A stretch of 64,000 bases of DNA, taken from a virus. Its lineage: Duplodnaviria > Caudoviricetes. Shown here piece by piece: positions 37,964-47,640 of this stretch. The stretch lies in IMG/VR virus record IMGVR_UViG_3300042397_003635, one strand, 5' to 3'. Below the pieces are notes generated by a model. The model saw only the letters and a program-made list of their open reading frames with translations, had not been told where the DNA came from and ran no database searches. Both the position numbers and the translations under genes were made by a program. The stretch's first letter is position 1, and each line of letters begins with the position of its first letter.

Positions 37964-38693
37964 TATCTGTAAATTTAATAAAGGTGATTTCATTTGTTTT
38001 AGGATCCCAGTCAAATGTTACTGGTTTATTAACATATTCGTAATATTCATTCAAGATTGATGCATTAAACCAGTGAGTATGTCCATCAAACTTGTAACCA
38101 AATCCTCCATGGATATGACCACACACATGAATTTTAGGTTTACGTTCAGCTGAGTCTATATGATTTCTCAATAGAGGACACCCTAAATTTGGTTCATTAT
38201 ATGGAGGCCCACTCGTATCTAAATGACCTTGAGCTGGACCATGTGTAACCAAAATATCAGTATCTGCTGGAATTGCTGCCCATTTAGCAGCTAACTCTTC
38301 TCCTTGACGAGGAAGATTAAATGCCCAGTGATGGAATTCTGGTTGCCATGGACTTCCATAGATTTTTGCAGTGTTTACATTTGGATCATGTGGATCCGCA
38401 TCTCCAACAATAAGCCAATCGTCTTGCAAATAATCAATCCACTTATAAGAGCGAACAATCTCCATTGATTTTTCTGGAAAATCTTCAAACATTCTGTCAT
38501 GATTTCCTGCAATAAACACCTTATGGTCGTATTGGTCTAACCCATCAAACCATTTACAAAAGCTCACAATGTCAACTGGATTTCTTCCAGAGTTCATGAT
38601 ATCTCCTGCATGGATTAATAGATCTCCACCTGGTAAATCATAAGTTACCGCATTGTGCTTTGTGTGCGTGTCGCTAATTAGTGTAATTCTCAT
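37956..38693 (-). CDS. Calcineurin-like metallophosphoesterase
   Basis: SDTH, HAGD, AGNHD, THGP, CGHIH. Confidence 0.9.
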   Translation of the reverse strand: MRITLISDTHTKHNAVTYDLPGGDLLIHAGDIMNSGRNPVDIVSFCKWFDGLDQYDHKVFIAGNHDRMFEDFPEKSMEIVRSYKWIDYLQDDWLIVGDADPHDPNVNTAKIYGSPWQPEFHHWAFNLPRQGEELAAKWAAIPADTDILVTHGPAQGHLDTSGPPYNEPNLGCPLLRNHIDSAERKPKIHVCGHIHGGFGYKFDGHTHWFNASILNEYYEYVNKPVTFDWDPKTNEITFIKFTDNE

Positions 38694-38737
38694 CGATTGA
38701 TTCTTTCTTATTTTTTACTTAATATTATTATACAAAA

Positions 38738-38762
38738 AAAGAGCAGTGTTTAGCTGCTCTTT
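38738..38762 (-). terminator. Intrinsic terminator
   Basis: aaagagcag / ctgctcttt stem plus T-tract. Confidence 0.7.
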
Positions 38763-38787
38763 CTTATATCTTCTATGTTTATTTAGG

Positions 38788-39345
38788 TTATCCCAATTCA
38801 TAAAATTTTTCAAGAGCTGCTTGTATTCTGTCCGAAATGGATGGATCAGCTTGTTCAGCAATATCTGCAAGAATTGCAATACCATTTACGACCTTTTCGT
38901 AACCTGGTAAATAGGTAACGTTTTTATCCTTTTTGTACATTCTTAATATATCAATTAGGGTATTTTCAATAAAACCTGCAATTGCTCCTGAATTAACGTT
39001 CATTGGGTCTTCTCCATCTGGAGAAATTATTTCAGCATATTGCCTAACTTCTTCTCCAATTTCTGCGATTTCTTCAGCATGAGATTTATTGTCATGGTAA
39101 ACATCTGCCTTTTTGGTTTTTGTAATAAGATCGATTGGAACTCTAACAATCTTTTTACTAGAATCTAGGAGTTCAATTTTTGCAAAATTTGCATCCATAT
39201 CAATAACTTGACCAGGTCCTCTGTAACTTGTTACATAGTCGCCAGGTTCGATTTCAGGATTTTCTTCATTTCTTTGAAACTCTGCATCTGGATCTTGCAT
39301 AAATCTATCAAGATCAAAGTCTTCGTATATCTTAATATATTTCAT
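38788..39345 (-). CDS. Putative internal head protein with SH3-like segment
   Basis: MKYIKIYEDF start; IEPGDYV...GQVI SH3-like. Confidence 0.7.
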   Translation of the reverse strand: MKYIKIYEDFDLDRFMQDPDAEFQRNEENPEIEPGDYVTSYRGPGQVIDMDANFAKIELLDSSKKIVRVPIDLITKTKKADVYHDNKSHAEEIAEIGEEVRQYAEIISPDGEDPMNVNSGAIAGFIENTLIDILRMYKKDKNVTYLPGYEKVVNGIAILADIAEQADPSISDRIQAALEKFYELG

Positions 39346-39745
39346 CGTACTTAATAACTAATTCTCCAAAAACTTCAATTTTTCCAACCAATTTTTGGAA
39401 AGCAGTTTGGTCAATTTTAACAGAACTTCTAGTTAAATAGAGCTCCTCAACTAATTGATTATACTCTTTAACTGCTGAATCGCGATCTGCTTTAGTCCAG
39501 CCCTTCATCGCCTTTTTGTAATATGGTAATTTAACAACAAAGTGGTGGTGAGTTAGCATAGCATTTCCGCCTCTTTCCTTTGCGCCTTCTGCTATTTTAG
39601 TAGCGCCCATTAGTCGAGATTCGCTAAACTCTTTAAATTTTTGGTCCAATGCTTCAGTTGAGTTAACTTTAGGTTTTTCTTCAGCCTTAGCTTCAAGTTT
39701 AGCCTCATTAATAAATTCGCTAAACGTGTTAATTTGGTTCTTCAT
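39332..39745 (-). CDS. Putative internal head protein
   Basis: MKNQINTFSEFINE start; GATAAATA at 39751-39758. Confidence 0.7.
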   Translation of the reverse strand: MKNQINTFSEFINEAKLEAKAEEKPKVNSTEALDQKFKEFSESRLMGATKIAEGAKERGGNAMLTHHHFVVKLPYYKKAMKGWTKADRDSAVKEYNQLVEELYLTRSSVKIDQTAFQKLVGKIEVFGELVIKYDEIY

Positions 39746-39795
39746 GTAGTTATTTATCTAAAACAAAAAAGGACTGAATTACTTCAGTCCAATTG

Positions 39796-39877
39796 TACCC
39801 CCTAAGAGACTCGAACTCTTACACCTTTCGGCACTAGATCCTAAGTCTAGCGTGTCTACCAATTCCACCAAAGGGGC
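39796..39877 (-). tRNA. tRNA-Leu(UAG)
   Basis: Cloverleaf with variable arm, CT-TAG-GA. Confidence 0.95.
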
Positions 39878-39882
39878 AGGAA

Positions 39883-40140
39883 TTATTTCTTATATTTTAT
39901 AATTTTAATTTGAATACTATCTCCCACTCTAACTGCGTTTCTGGATGTGTAGATTCGACCACAATCTAATTTAACTCTCCATTCTGGATCAGTTTGTAGT
40001 GTGTGTTTTTCTCCAACTTGAAAATACTCGACTTCAGTTGCAACGCAAGTTTGTTCTGTTACTTCACCAATTACTTCGCTTCCGCAACTCGTAATTAAGC
40101 CTGTAAAAATTAAACCAATTATAAAATATATCTTTTTCAT
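39883..40140 (-). CDS. Lipoprotein (OB-fold-like)
   Basis: MKKIYFIIGLIFTGLITS|C lipobox; track start 40167 overlaps tRNA-Arg, so start moved to 40140. Confidence 0.7.
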   Translation of the reverse strand: MKKIYFIIGLIFTGLITSCGSEVIGEVTEQTCVATEVEYFQVGEKHTLQTDPEWRVKLDCGRIYTSRNAVRVGDSIQIKIIKYKK

Positions 40141-40152
40141 ATCTAAATTTTG

Positions 40153-40227
40153 TGGTAGTCCCGCCAAGAATCGAACTTGGATCCACTGCTTAGAAGGCAG
40201 TTGTTCTATCCGTTGAACTACAGGACC
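40153..40227 (-). tRNA. tRNA-Arg(UCU)
   Basis: Cloverleaf, CT-TCT-AA, encoded CCA. Confidence 0.95.
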
Positions 40228-40233
40228 ATGCGT

Positions 40234-40422
40234 TTATTGATTTTTATTTAAGTCTCTCCATAGCTTGTCGCTATACAAATTAACTAAAATAAACAGTGTC
40301 CACCATCTAACATCAATGATATCCAACATGCTCTTATCAAATGCTGCAATTGCAAGAACCACCATGAGTAGTAAGTTAATTACAACTTGCATCCAAATTA
40401 AAAATTTACTTGTCTTTTCCAT
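40234..40422 (-). CDS. Small membrane protein
   Basis: Two hydrophobic stretches. Confidence 0.65.
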   Translation of the reverse strand: MEKTSKFLIWMQVVINLLLMVVLAIAAFDKSMLDIIDVRWWTLFILVNLYSDKLWRDLNKNQ

Positions 40423-40443
40423 AATTATATTATACCTAAAATT

Positions 40444-40520
40444 TGGTCGGGATGGCAGGATTCGAACCTACGGCCTCCTGCTCCCAAAGCAGGCGCGATA
40501 CCGGACTACGCTACATCCCG
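40444..40520 (-). tRNA. tRNA-Pro(UGG)
   Basis: Cloverleaf, TT-TGG-GA, encoded CCA. Confidence 0.95.
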
Positions 40521-40543
40521 AGTAGCTAAAACTATTTTACTAA

Positions 40544-40846
40544 TTAGCTATTAATTAGTGTATTCTCTTTTTGTGACTTTGAACCTGTCAATCCTAATTT
40601 TTTATCAAGTCTTGAATCAGTGTAGGATTTGCACTCTAATTCGACCCTTTTTATTTCTAATTCTAAATCGGTTCTCCATATCTGGAGATCTTGGTGGTAA
40701 TCTCGATTTGTTTGATCGAGACCTTGGTGCAGATTTTCAATCTGCTTTGCTTGTCTGTTAACCTTAAGCAAACCAATAACAACTACTACTGCAAATGCAA
40801 TAGCAACCATCGTTAGCATACCTAAAGCGAATGAAGTTAATTCCAT
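40544..40846 (-). CDS. Membrane-anchored coiled-coil protein
   Basis: N-terminal TM; YTDSRLDK C-terminus. Confidence 0.75.
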   Translation of the reverse strand: MELTSFALGMLTMVAIAFAVVVVIGLLKVNRQAKQIENLHQGLDQTNRDYHQDLQIWRTDLELEIKRVELECKSYTDSRLDKKLGLTGSKSQKENTLINS

Positions 40847-40907
40847 TGTTTTAAGATTATTTTGTGTCTTAGCTACAATGGTCTTATACTACAGAAAAAA
40901 GAATGGA

Positions 40908-41144
40908 TTAATCGAGATGAAAATAGATCTCAGCCAGTGGATAGAGTTTTTCACTGGGGCTTTTAACTGATACTTGCGGTCGATAAACTCTAGTGTTTGT
41001 TTTCCTGTGGTTTTTTGCCATCCAGATTGTTACAAACTCTTTTACAGTATCTTCTACCTCTTCACCTCTAGAATTTACCATAGTAAATCTCTTGCCGATA
41101 TAAGTATCGTCAATTGTAACAGGTGATTTTAGTAGTGTCGACAT
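40908..41144 (-). CDS. Hypothetical protein
   Basis: 78 aa ORF. Confidence 0.7.
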   Translation of the reverse strand: MSTLLKSPVTIDDTYIGKRFTMVNSRGEEVEDTVKEFVTIWMAKNHRKTNTRVYRPQVSVKSPSEKLYPLAEIYFHLD

Positions 41145-41230
41145 GGTAGCAGTTGTTAATTTTAGTTATTTAACAAAGCCGCCACAAAAAGTTTTTAAAA
41201 AATGAAATATTTTGTGAAAATAACATTAAA

Positions 41231-41695
41231 TTAATCTTGAAGTCGCCCTGCTCCTTTGTACGCAGCCTTATATCGAGGTTCCATTAGCGAACTTACTTTA
41301 ACGCCTTCTGCCCTATTTGCTGCATGAACAAACATAGTTTCTCCGATATAAGTTCCGCAGTGCCAACCCGATGGAGATTGACTGCTTCTAAAAAATACGA
41401 GGTCTCCTATTTCAAGGCTGTCCCTTTTAATTCGGATAGTTTGATTCCATTGTTTATAACAGACTCCTTCTAGTTTAACTTCATAAACATCTTGATATAG
41501 TCTTTTATTAAACTGTGAACAGTCGATTCCATATTCAGTCGAACCACCGAGTTTATAAGGTTTACCAATCCAGTGAATAATAAAACTATTAAGCGTAGAG
41601 TCTTTAGTGAAAGGGGGAACCTCTATTAAATCCTGGCCAAACCCTAATGACGATAGTGCAGTAAGAAATACTCCTACCACTAACAATTTTTTCAT
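41231..41695 (-). CDS. Secreted NlpC/P60 (C40) peptidase
   Basis: Signal peptide LGFG|Q; PYKLGG, GIDCS, GDLVFF, WHCG, HA. Confidence 0.9.
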   Translation of the reverse strand: MKKLLVVGVFLTALSSLGFGQDLIEVPPFTKDSTLNSFIIHWIGKPYKLGGSTEYGIDCSQFNKRLYQDVYEVKLEGVCYKQWNQTIRIKRDSLEIGDLVFFRSSQSPSGWHCGTYIGETMFVHAANRAEGVKVSSLMEPRYKAAYKGAGRLQD

Positions 41696-41712
41696 AATTT
41701 TAATTTTTAATG

Positions 41713-41946
41713 TTAATCTGGAAGATCCAGAGCAAGCGACCTCATAAAACCAGGGTCAGCTTTTATTTCACTAATTGCATCTAGCAACTCGGATTTAGGC
41801 ATGCCAAAAAGCGAGCATCGCTCCTTAATACAAGCCTCTTCTTTGGTGCCATAATTTTCCCAAACATCATAAAAATATCCTAATGCATGATCCCAACCAT
41901 AAACGATTGTAGTACCAGCTTCAGTTTTCTTGGTATATCTGCTCAT
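41713..41946 (-). CDS. Hypothetical protein
   Basis: 77 aa; YGWDH..GYF. Confidence 0.7.
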   Translation of the reverse strand: MSRYTKKTEAGTTIVYGWDHALGYFYDVWENYGTKEEACIKERCSLFGMPKSELLDAISEIKADPGFMRSLALDLPD

Positions 41947-42260
41947 TAGCCCTTTGGTTTAAGTATACTACTAAAAATTTGAGTAAGTCGATTCAGTCTC
42001 CACTCTCTCTTTTTTTCTTCGATTGTTTTAGGTTCTTCCCCTAAGTTTGAATAGACATTACTATTTGTACCATATTGATATCGAAATGCATCAAAATATA
42101 CTTGATGCAAATGAACCGGAATGGTATTAAAGTCTGCAATACATTCAATTGGTAAAGAGGTTCCGCTACCAGCAATAGAGATACTGCTTTTAATTGTAAC
42201 TTTACCTGAGCCTTTCGTGGTTAGGTGACCAGAATCTGTATTAATTGTTAGTGTGCTCAT
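41946..42260 (-). CDS. Hypothetical protein
   Basis: 104 aa ORF. Confidence 0.7.
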   Translation of the reverse strand: MSTLTINTDSGHLTTKGSGKVTIKSSISIAGSGTSLPIECIADFNTIPVHLHQVYFDAFRYQYGTNSNVYSNLGEEPKTIEEKKREWRLNRLTQIFSSILKPKG

Positions 42261-42462
42261 ATGCTTTTGCTTCGTGAAAATAATATCCTGAACTTACTTT
42301 ACCACCTATATCCCAATTCATTTCTGCTTCCCAATGGTAAACTTTATTTTTCTTATTAATTGAAGTAATAGTAACAAAAGTCAACCCATATTCTTCTTTA
42401 TCATAATCGATTGCCTCTAGTTTATCTCCAACTTTAAATATTGGTTCTATATTATTGCTCAT
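42241..42462 (-). CDS. SH3-like small protein
   Basis: FKVGDKL start. Confidence 0.65.
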   Translation of the reverse strand: MSNNIEPIFKVGDKLEAIDYDKEEYGLTFVTITSINKKNKVYHWEAEMNWDIGGKVSSGYYFHEAKAYEHTNN

Positions 42463-42730
42463 AATCTGATACTTTAAGACCCCATTGCATATCGACCCAG
42501 CTCATATCAATTTCAGCGAGCTTTCTGGTGCGATGCCTATTATTTTTAAGTAGAACTTCAACTCCCCATTCAATCCATTGGGAGCGCTGTTCCATTGTCA
42601 TAGTCCAATCCCAAAACCAATTGTCCTTGCGATCAACCACATCTTCATACTTAACATCATGACCTGCAATCTCAAACATTTTGTCGATAAGGATCTTGGC
42701 CATTTCTTCTGGACTCTTCTTCTTTGCCAT
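42452..42730 (-). CDS. Hypothetical Trp-rich protein
   Basis: 92 aa ORF. Confidence 0.7.
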   Translation of the reverse strand: MAKKKSPEEMAKILIDKMFEIAGHDVKYEDVVDRKDNWFWDWTMTMEQRSQWIEWGVEVLLKNNRHRTRKLAEIDMSWVDMQWGLKVSDYEQ

Positions 42731-42731
42731 T

Positions 42732-42995
42732 TTACAGTGATTGAATTTGTGCTAAAATTGTAGTCACTTCAGCTTCGCATAGGTGACCTAGTACATCGCT
42801 GGTTACTGGCGTATCATAGGTAATATGGCCGTCTTTACCAAATACTGCAAGTTCGTATAATCCATTTTTTCCTCCATACGAGAAAGGTGTCTTAACTACA
42901 CTTGCACCATAGCCATTGTCAAACTTGATCCTAGCTTGAACTCCACCCATTCCATTTGGGTGATCCATAAATACTAAATTTTCAAATGTTATCAT
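42732..42995 (-). CDS. Conserved small phage protein
   Basis: FDNGYGASVV..SYGG..GLYELAV motif. Confidence 0.75.
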   Translation of the reverse strand: MITFENLVFMDHPNGMGGVQARIKFDNGYGASVVKTPFSYGGKNGLYELAVFGKDGHITYDTPVTSDVLGHLCEAEVTTILAQIQSL

Positions 42996-42998
42996 TTC

Positions 42999-43238
42999 TT
43001 AAAAATTAAATGGTTCGCCATCTACCTTAACTGCAATAATATCCTTGTAGTTAGATAAACTTTGAATATACTTTTTAGGATTCTTAACCTTATCATAAGA
43101 TAGGGTTTTTCCATTATTGTAGGTAATTTCAACAACTGACCCGCCTGGAGTCAAGCTTAAATTATTTGTTCTAAATTGATCAGAGACATTTAGTGTTCTA
43201 CTTACTTGCATATATCGTTTTAAATTTGCTGGGTTCAT
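42999..43238 (-). CDS. Hypothetical protein
   Basis: 79 aa ORF. Confidence 0.7.
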   Translation of the reverse strand: MNPANLKRYMQVSRTLNVSDQFRTNNLSLTPGGSVVEITYNNGKTLSYDKVKNPKKYIQSLSNYKDIIAVKVDGEPFNF

Positions 43239-43244
43239 ATTAAA

Positions 43245-43574
43245 CTATTGTCCGCAACCGCAATCTGCATCCTCTGATAGAGGACCTTCAATTGGTGGTT
43301 CACTTGGTTTATAAAATTGTTGATTACGCTCCCAAAGTTCGTCTCCAGTAATATCTGTTTGGCCTTCTTCATCAATGAATCGAATTGACCAATTGCCTTC
43401 GCCGTATCTTTGGTTAAGCTCATCAATTCTTTCAGGTCGGCCTTCAATCAAATCTCCCTTTGCAAAGAGATAGTTTGAACACACATGAGAATAGAGAACT
43501 TCTCCCTCTTCGGTCACAACTACAAATTGTGCATCCTCTGTTTGTCTAATACCTGGATAAATGTATAAATTCAT
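43245..43574 (-). CDS. Hypothetical protein
   Basis: Probable start MNLY at 43574; SHVCS motif. Confidence 0.7.
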   Translation of the reverse strand: MNLYIYPGIRQTEDAQFVVVTEEGEVLYSHVCSNYLFAKGDLIEGRPERIDELNQRYGEGNWSIRFIDEEGQTDITGDELWERNQQFYKPSEPPIEGPLSEDADCGCGQ

Positions 43575-43578
43575 ATTC

Positions 43579-43674
43579 TTAAATTGAATGTAAGATTCCC
43601 CAAATGACGCCTGCTGCCCATGCACTCATGACCAATATAATCAAAACGTCTCTGCCTGTAATTTTATTTTTCAT
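43579..43674 (-). CDS. 31 aa membrane peptide missed by track
   Basis: MKNKITGRDVLIILVMSAWAAGVIWGILHSI; 6 nt after GTATAAT box. Confidence 0.5.
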   Translation of the reverse strand: MKNKITGRDVLIILVMSAWAAGVIWGILHSI

Positions 43675-43686
43675 AGTAATATTATA

Positions 43687-43998
43687 CTAAAATTTTTCTG
43701 GCTTTTGCCAAGGTTTATTGTATTTTTCTTCCCAATATTTTCTATACTCTCGCACATTAATCATGTTAATTGTATATTGCCAATATTCAGTCTCATACCA
43801 AATAGTTACATGTAGCACTAAGCTAGATGGTGGAACATAATTCTCTTTAGCCCATTTGAATAACTGCTTAGTATTTCCCTTTTGTCTAATTTTTTTTGCA
43901 AACGTTGGAAAATCACAATCCCAAATAGTAGGATATGGGGTCAGTATACCTGAATACCCCAATCCCCTATATCCTATATTGTATGCTACTTGTTTCAT
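43687..43998 (-). CDS. Hypothetical protein
   Basis: 103 aa ORF. Confidence 0.7.
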   Translation of the reverse strand: MKQVAYNIGYRGLGYSGILTPYPTIWDCDFPTFAKKIRQKGNTKQLFKWAKENYVPPSSLVLHVTIWYETEYWQYTINMINVREYRKYWEEKYNKPWQKPEKF

Positions 43999-45125
43999 TA
44001 GTGACTATCGCCAACTTCCCAATTTTCTGCATAGATTAAGTAATCTGGATTAATTACTTTTGCAACTTTGCTTCTATCTCCAGTATGGTGTTTTACAACA
44101 ACTCCTTCATGAGGTACTTTAGTTCCAAAGATAAAATTATCAAAGACATACATATCTTCAATTTCTTTATTCCAATCTCCTACATAAAGTACATCAACAT
44201 AAGGTAGGTCCATTTCAATTCCAACAAAATTAAAGGCCTCGTCAGTTGAACAGTATTTGCCATTGATTTCCAAGTCAAATCCTGCAAATTCAATTTCTTT
44301 TAGACCATAGTCATAATTCTTTTGAATACCTGCTCCATAGATTTCTCCATATAGAACAACGCCAATTCCAATACCATCTGGGAATCTTTCGGGATCCTTG
44401 ACAAACTTCCATAAAACCTGTTTAAGATTATACTTTGCCGCAATATCATACCAGACATTAGTGTCGTAGAAGCCCTGAGAGTCTGATCCTTTTTCTACAT
44501 TATGCGAACCTACTACGAATTCGTAATCGACCCACTTTGCACCAAAGAATTTCTTTACCTTATCGAATAGAGATAATTTGTTTTTCTTTACAATACCATA
44601 TCGAGCATTGGTTCCATGGATCTTACGAGTGATCTCAACCCAATCATCTTCAGTAAAAATTCCTGGTACATTCTTTGCATTTGGAAATTTGTAATAGATA
44701 TGGAAGTTTGGATTTTCTGAGTATCTGATCTTTTTACCAGAACTCAATTGAACTTGCTTAACCGGTGGTTCATATTTCCAAATATCCATTGCATACATCA
44801 TGTCCTTACCTTCATAGTAATTTTCCATGAATGGAACATGTTTAATTGGAATGATTAGACACTCTGAATATACTCCACGTAATTTTACAGTACGAACTCT
44901 ACCGCCTTTACGTAAATAATTTGTAACATTTAGGCTGTCAGACAACTCGACTGGAATTACTGCATCAGTTGTTGCAACTACTACAAGATCCCCATTCGAG
45001 TATTGTCCCTTTTGGATAATTGCTTGCCATCCACTGACTAATGCCAATTCAATAGCATCTGCTCCTGGAATAGGTACGATTTCACCAATACTTGCTACAA
45101 AGCAAACTGAATTATTATTTTCCAT
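43998..45125 (-). CDS. RNA ligase, Rnl2/DRB0094 family
   Basis: N-terminal OB-like domain (IPGADAIE, KLRG), KIHGTN, VLYGE, FD, HEGVV, AKVIN. Confidence 0.88.
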   Translation of the reverse strand: MENNNSVCFVASIGEIVPIPGADAIELALVSGWQAIIQKGQYSNGDLVVVATTDAVIPVELSDSLNVTNYLRKGGRVRTVKLRGVYSECLIIPIKHVPFMENYYEGKDMMYAMDIWKYEPPVKQVQLSSGKKIRYSENPNFHIYYKFPNAKNVPGIFTEDDWVEITRKIHGTNARYGIVKKNKLSLFDKVKKFFGAKWVDYEFVVGSHNVEKGSDSQGFYDTNVWYDIAAKYNLKQVLWKFVKDPERFPDGIGIGVVLYGEIYGAGIQKNYDYGLKEIEFAGFDLEINGKYCSTDEAFNFVGIEMDLPYVDVLYVGDWNKEIEDMYVFDNFIFGTKVPHEGVVVKHHTGDRSKVAKVINPDYLIYAENWEVGDSH

Positions 45126-45127
45126 TT

Positions 45128-45541
45128 TTATAATTTTATTTCAAAACGATTTTTCATTTGTTCTAACTTATCATCAGGCACACCATGTATATTTACACCA
45201 CCATGTCGATTTTCTACAATTAGGGAAGTAACTCGATAGTTCCACTGTTTAGCTAAATCAAAGTATGCCTCCATTTCCCACTCTTGTGTAAAGGTATTAG
45301 ATACAATAATTGTACTATTATGTCCAGTAGTATGGTTTAGGAGCATCGCCTGTTCAACACTATCTTTGCACCACCTATGAGCATCTTTAATTTTAGCTGG
45401 ATCAAATTTATAAACCCCATCCTCAATAAAATATTGATCTGCTTCAAAGTGAGCGCATCCACTTGCGTTTGCTCCTAATAGGTTTGCAGTTGTACTTTTA
45501 CCTGAACCTGGGATTCCTCTTACTAAAATTAAATTTTTCAT
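45128..45541 (-). CDS. P-loop kinase (AAA_33 / polynucleotide kinase-like)
   Basis: RGIPGSGKST, EAD.YF, VSNTF, HGVP. Confidence 0.85.
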   Translation of the reverse strand: MKNLILVRGIPGSGKSTTANLLGANASGCAHFEADQYFIEDGVYKFDPAKIKDAHRWCKDSVEQAMLLNHTTGHNSTIIVSNTFTQEWEMEAYFDLAKQWNYRVTSLIVENRHGGVNIHGVPDDKLEQMKNRFEIKL

Positions 45542-45542
45542 A

Positions 45543-46073
45543 TTAAGTTATATCTGGGTTTAAATATACTAATTCGCAATTATGTTTTACCCATTTAACT
45601 GGAAAGGTTAAGTGATTCGATGAAGCTGACATTTTTTCTAATTTACGTAGAGCCTCATTCAAAAAAACTTGAGTTGATCCTTTCCAGATACGTTGACAAA
45701 TTAATCCGCTTTTTACATCAAACTCTGCAAAGAAAAATGCTGAGTTTCGGGTTATTCTAATTAAATTACCATCGTGAATTCTATCTAATTGAAATCCTCC
45801 TCCCTCTTTACATGATAAGTATTCATATTGTTCCTTACCACATTGAGAATAAGCATCTGCTCCATGTTTAGTAGTATGACACTTATGACCAAGAATTTCA
45901 GCAATCATCCATTCTTTAATAAAACCTGGAGTTAACAAGTCTTGCTGAAAACCTAAATCTGTCTTAAGCTGATCTAGTGTTTCAATTAATAATTTAACTT
46001 TGTTTGGCTCAGATTCTATTATTTTAAGTAGATCGGTGGTTTTCATTTTCTGATTTAGCGTGATTGTATTCAT
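45543..46073 (-). CDS. Restriction endonuclease-like (PD-(D/E)xK) protein, possibly degenerate
   Basis: GADA...YEYLSCK resembles GxDA...YExKS with Lys replaced; alternative start 46046. Confidence 0.45.
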   Translation of the reverse strand: MNTITLNQKMKTTDLLKIIESEPNKVKLLIETLDQLKTDLGFQQDLLTPGFIKEWMIAEILGHKCHTTKHGADAYSQCGKEQYEYLSCKEGGGFQLDRIHDGNLIRITRNSAFFFAEFDVKSGLICQRIWKGSTQVFLNEALRKLEKMSASSNHLTFPVKWVKHNCELVYLNPDIT

Positions 46074-46257
46074 TAACTATGTGTGCAGCTAATGCAATAA
46101 CGAATGCAGTAACTAGCATTAATAGTGCAAGTCCTCCAATAAATGAGAGTATACTAGAGTTATTCATTAGGATAAAAGCCTCTTCAATTGTTGAGACTAC
46201 GCCAACGGTCACTAAAAAATATAGTATAACTAGACCGAGTGTTGATGCTATTTTCAT
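46024..46257 (-). CDS. Two-TM membrane protein
   Basis: Hydrophobic 77 aa ORF. Confidence 0.65.
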   Translation of the reverse strand: MKIASTLGLVILYFLVTVGVVSTIEEAFILMNNSSILSFIGGLALLMLVTAFVIALAAHIVNEYNHAKSENENHRST

Positions 46258-46276
46258 ATAAATTATTAAAAGTTAG

Positions 46277-46350
46277 TGGTCCATACAGGACTCGAACCTG
46301 TGACCTTCTCGTTATGAGCGAGCTGCTCTAACCAACTGAGCTAAAGGACC
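46277..46350 (-). tRNA. tRNA with CAU anticodon, probably Ile2 (lysidine)
   Basis: Cloverleaf, CT-CAT-AA; GGTCCTTTAGCTCAG 5' end resembles bacterial tRNA-Ile2; Ile2 versus Met is inferred. Confidence 0.85.
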
Positions 46351-46351
46351 G

Positions 46352-46693
46352 TTAAATTGAATAATACTTTTGAAGATCTTCACGTATTATAACCAAACCA
46401 TCTGGCAAAAACCTAACAACGGCTTGATTTAATTTAGGAGAGTCTTCATTTTCAAAACGTCCATCCATTTCATAAAGAACATAGATAGTTTTTCCTTCAG
46501 CTATTGCGATTTCGCTTAAGTCATCTTTGCTAAGTGTAATGTCAATATCTCCCCACCAAATCTTGCCCTCATCTGTACATACATTAGAATTAAAAATTAC
46601 TAAATTACCAGGGTTATTTTCGCGATAACCGCTTTTGCTACCTGATACAATATGGCCAGGCCAGCCTAATACTTGATTTAATAGATTTTCCAT
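46352..46693 (-). CDS. Conserved hypothetical phage protein
   Basis: SGSKSGY, FNSNV, WWGDID. Confidence 0.75.
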   Translation of the reverse strand: MENLLNQVLGWPGHIVSGSKSGYRENNPGNLVIFNSNVCTDEGKIWWGDIDITLSKDDLSEIAIAEGKTIYVLYEMDGRFENEDSPKLNQAVVRFLPDGLVIIREDLQKYYSI

Positions 46694-46731
46694 TTCTGTA
46701 AATTTATAAAGATATTATACTAAAAAGAAGT

Positions 46732-47640
46732 GAGTTAGAGCCTCTCTGTTCGATTTTTAGTCTAAAGATTCGCCACAGCTAGGGCAAAACTTCCAACTAG
46801 ATTTTTTAATACGTGAGCCGCATCCACCACAGTAGTTACGTATTTCAGCAACTTCCAATGGTTTTTTGGAAAGGGGCAGTAGTTTTATAATTACAGTTTC
46901 ATTAACCCAATAATTATAAGTACCATTATCCTGAGAGAATTGTTGTTTTGACTTAGAGCCTTCTTCAACTCTTCCTGTTTCAAGAGAACCTGCAACTGGC
47001 ATTGAGATATTATTAACAGTGGTTCCACCATAACTAACACTACCGATACTATTTGAACTAGTATAAGTTATGTTTGATCCAAGCTGTCTAGTTCCAGTTG
47101 TTGTAAAAAAGGTATTTGGATTAATTGTAGTAGTATGTGAGCCATTCCAATTATTTGAATTAATTGTCATGGAATTACCATACCAGTAATTTCCTCTTAA
47201 GTTTTGTTCATAGTAGAATTCAACTTTAACTTCGCCATTTTTAGCAATTGCCTCCTTAGCGTCATCTGAATCTTCGACTTCATACGTTTCAAACTTAAAT
47301 TTTTTAGCAACATCAATATAGCGCTCAAGATAAATTCTTTGGCCAGGTCTAATAACTAGTCCAGCTTGAGAAATTGCTTTACCATTAATTGAAATTTTTG
47401 CTAATACTTTGCACTGGTGAGGATTAAAAATTTCCAGTTCAAATTGTTGTCCGTCTTTTAGGTAGACAGAGCTTTCGTATTGTTTAATACGATTCTTGTT
47501 GCTGGTGATATTCACCGAACACCGCTTTTGTTCTTGTAGTGTATACATTTTAGATTTATATTTTTTGCTTACCTCTTTATGACCGTAAGATCATTCAAGG
47601 GCTATTAACCCGAGGCGAACAAGGAGAGGCTCTAATTCTC
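46732..47640. repeat. Imperfect inverted repeat pair flanking gene 46757..47548
   Basis: 46732-46752 gagttagagcctctctgttcg versus 47616-47640 cgaacaaggagaggctctaattctc (12 bp + 6 bp perfect blocks). Confidence 0.8.
46757..47548 (-). CDS. Hypothetical protein with C-terminal double zinc ribbon
   Basis: YCGGCG...FCPSCG; N-terminal Ig-like/beta domain. Confidence 0.8.
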   Translation of the reverse strand: MYTLQEQKRCSVNITSNKNRIKQYESSVYLKDGQQFELEIFNPHQCKVLAKISINGKAISQAGLVIRPGQRIYLERYIDVAKKFKFETYEVEDSDDAKEAIAKNGEVKVEFYYEQNLRGNYWYGNSMTINSNNWNGSHTTTINPNTFFTTTGTRQLGSNITYTSSNSIGSVSYGGTTVNNISMPVAGSLETGRVEEGSKSKQQFSQDNGTYNYWVNETVIIKLLPLSKKPLEVAEIRNYCGGCGSRIKKSSWKFCPSCGESLD

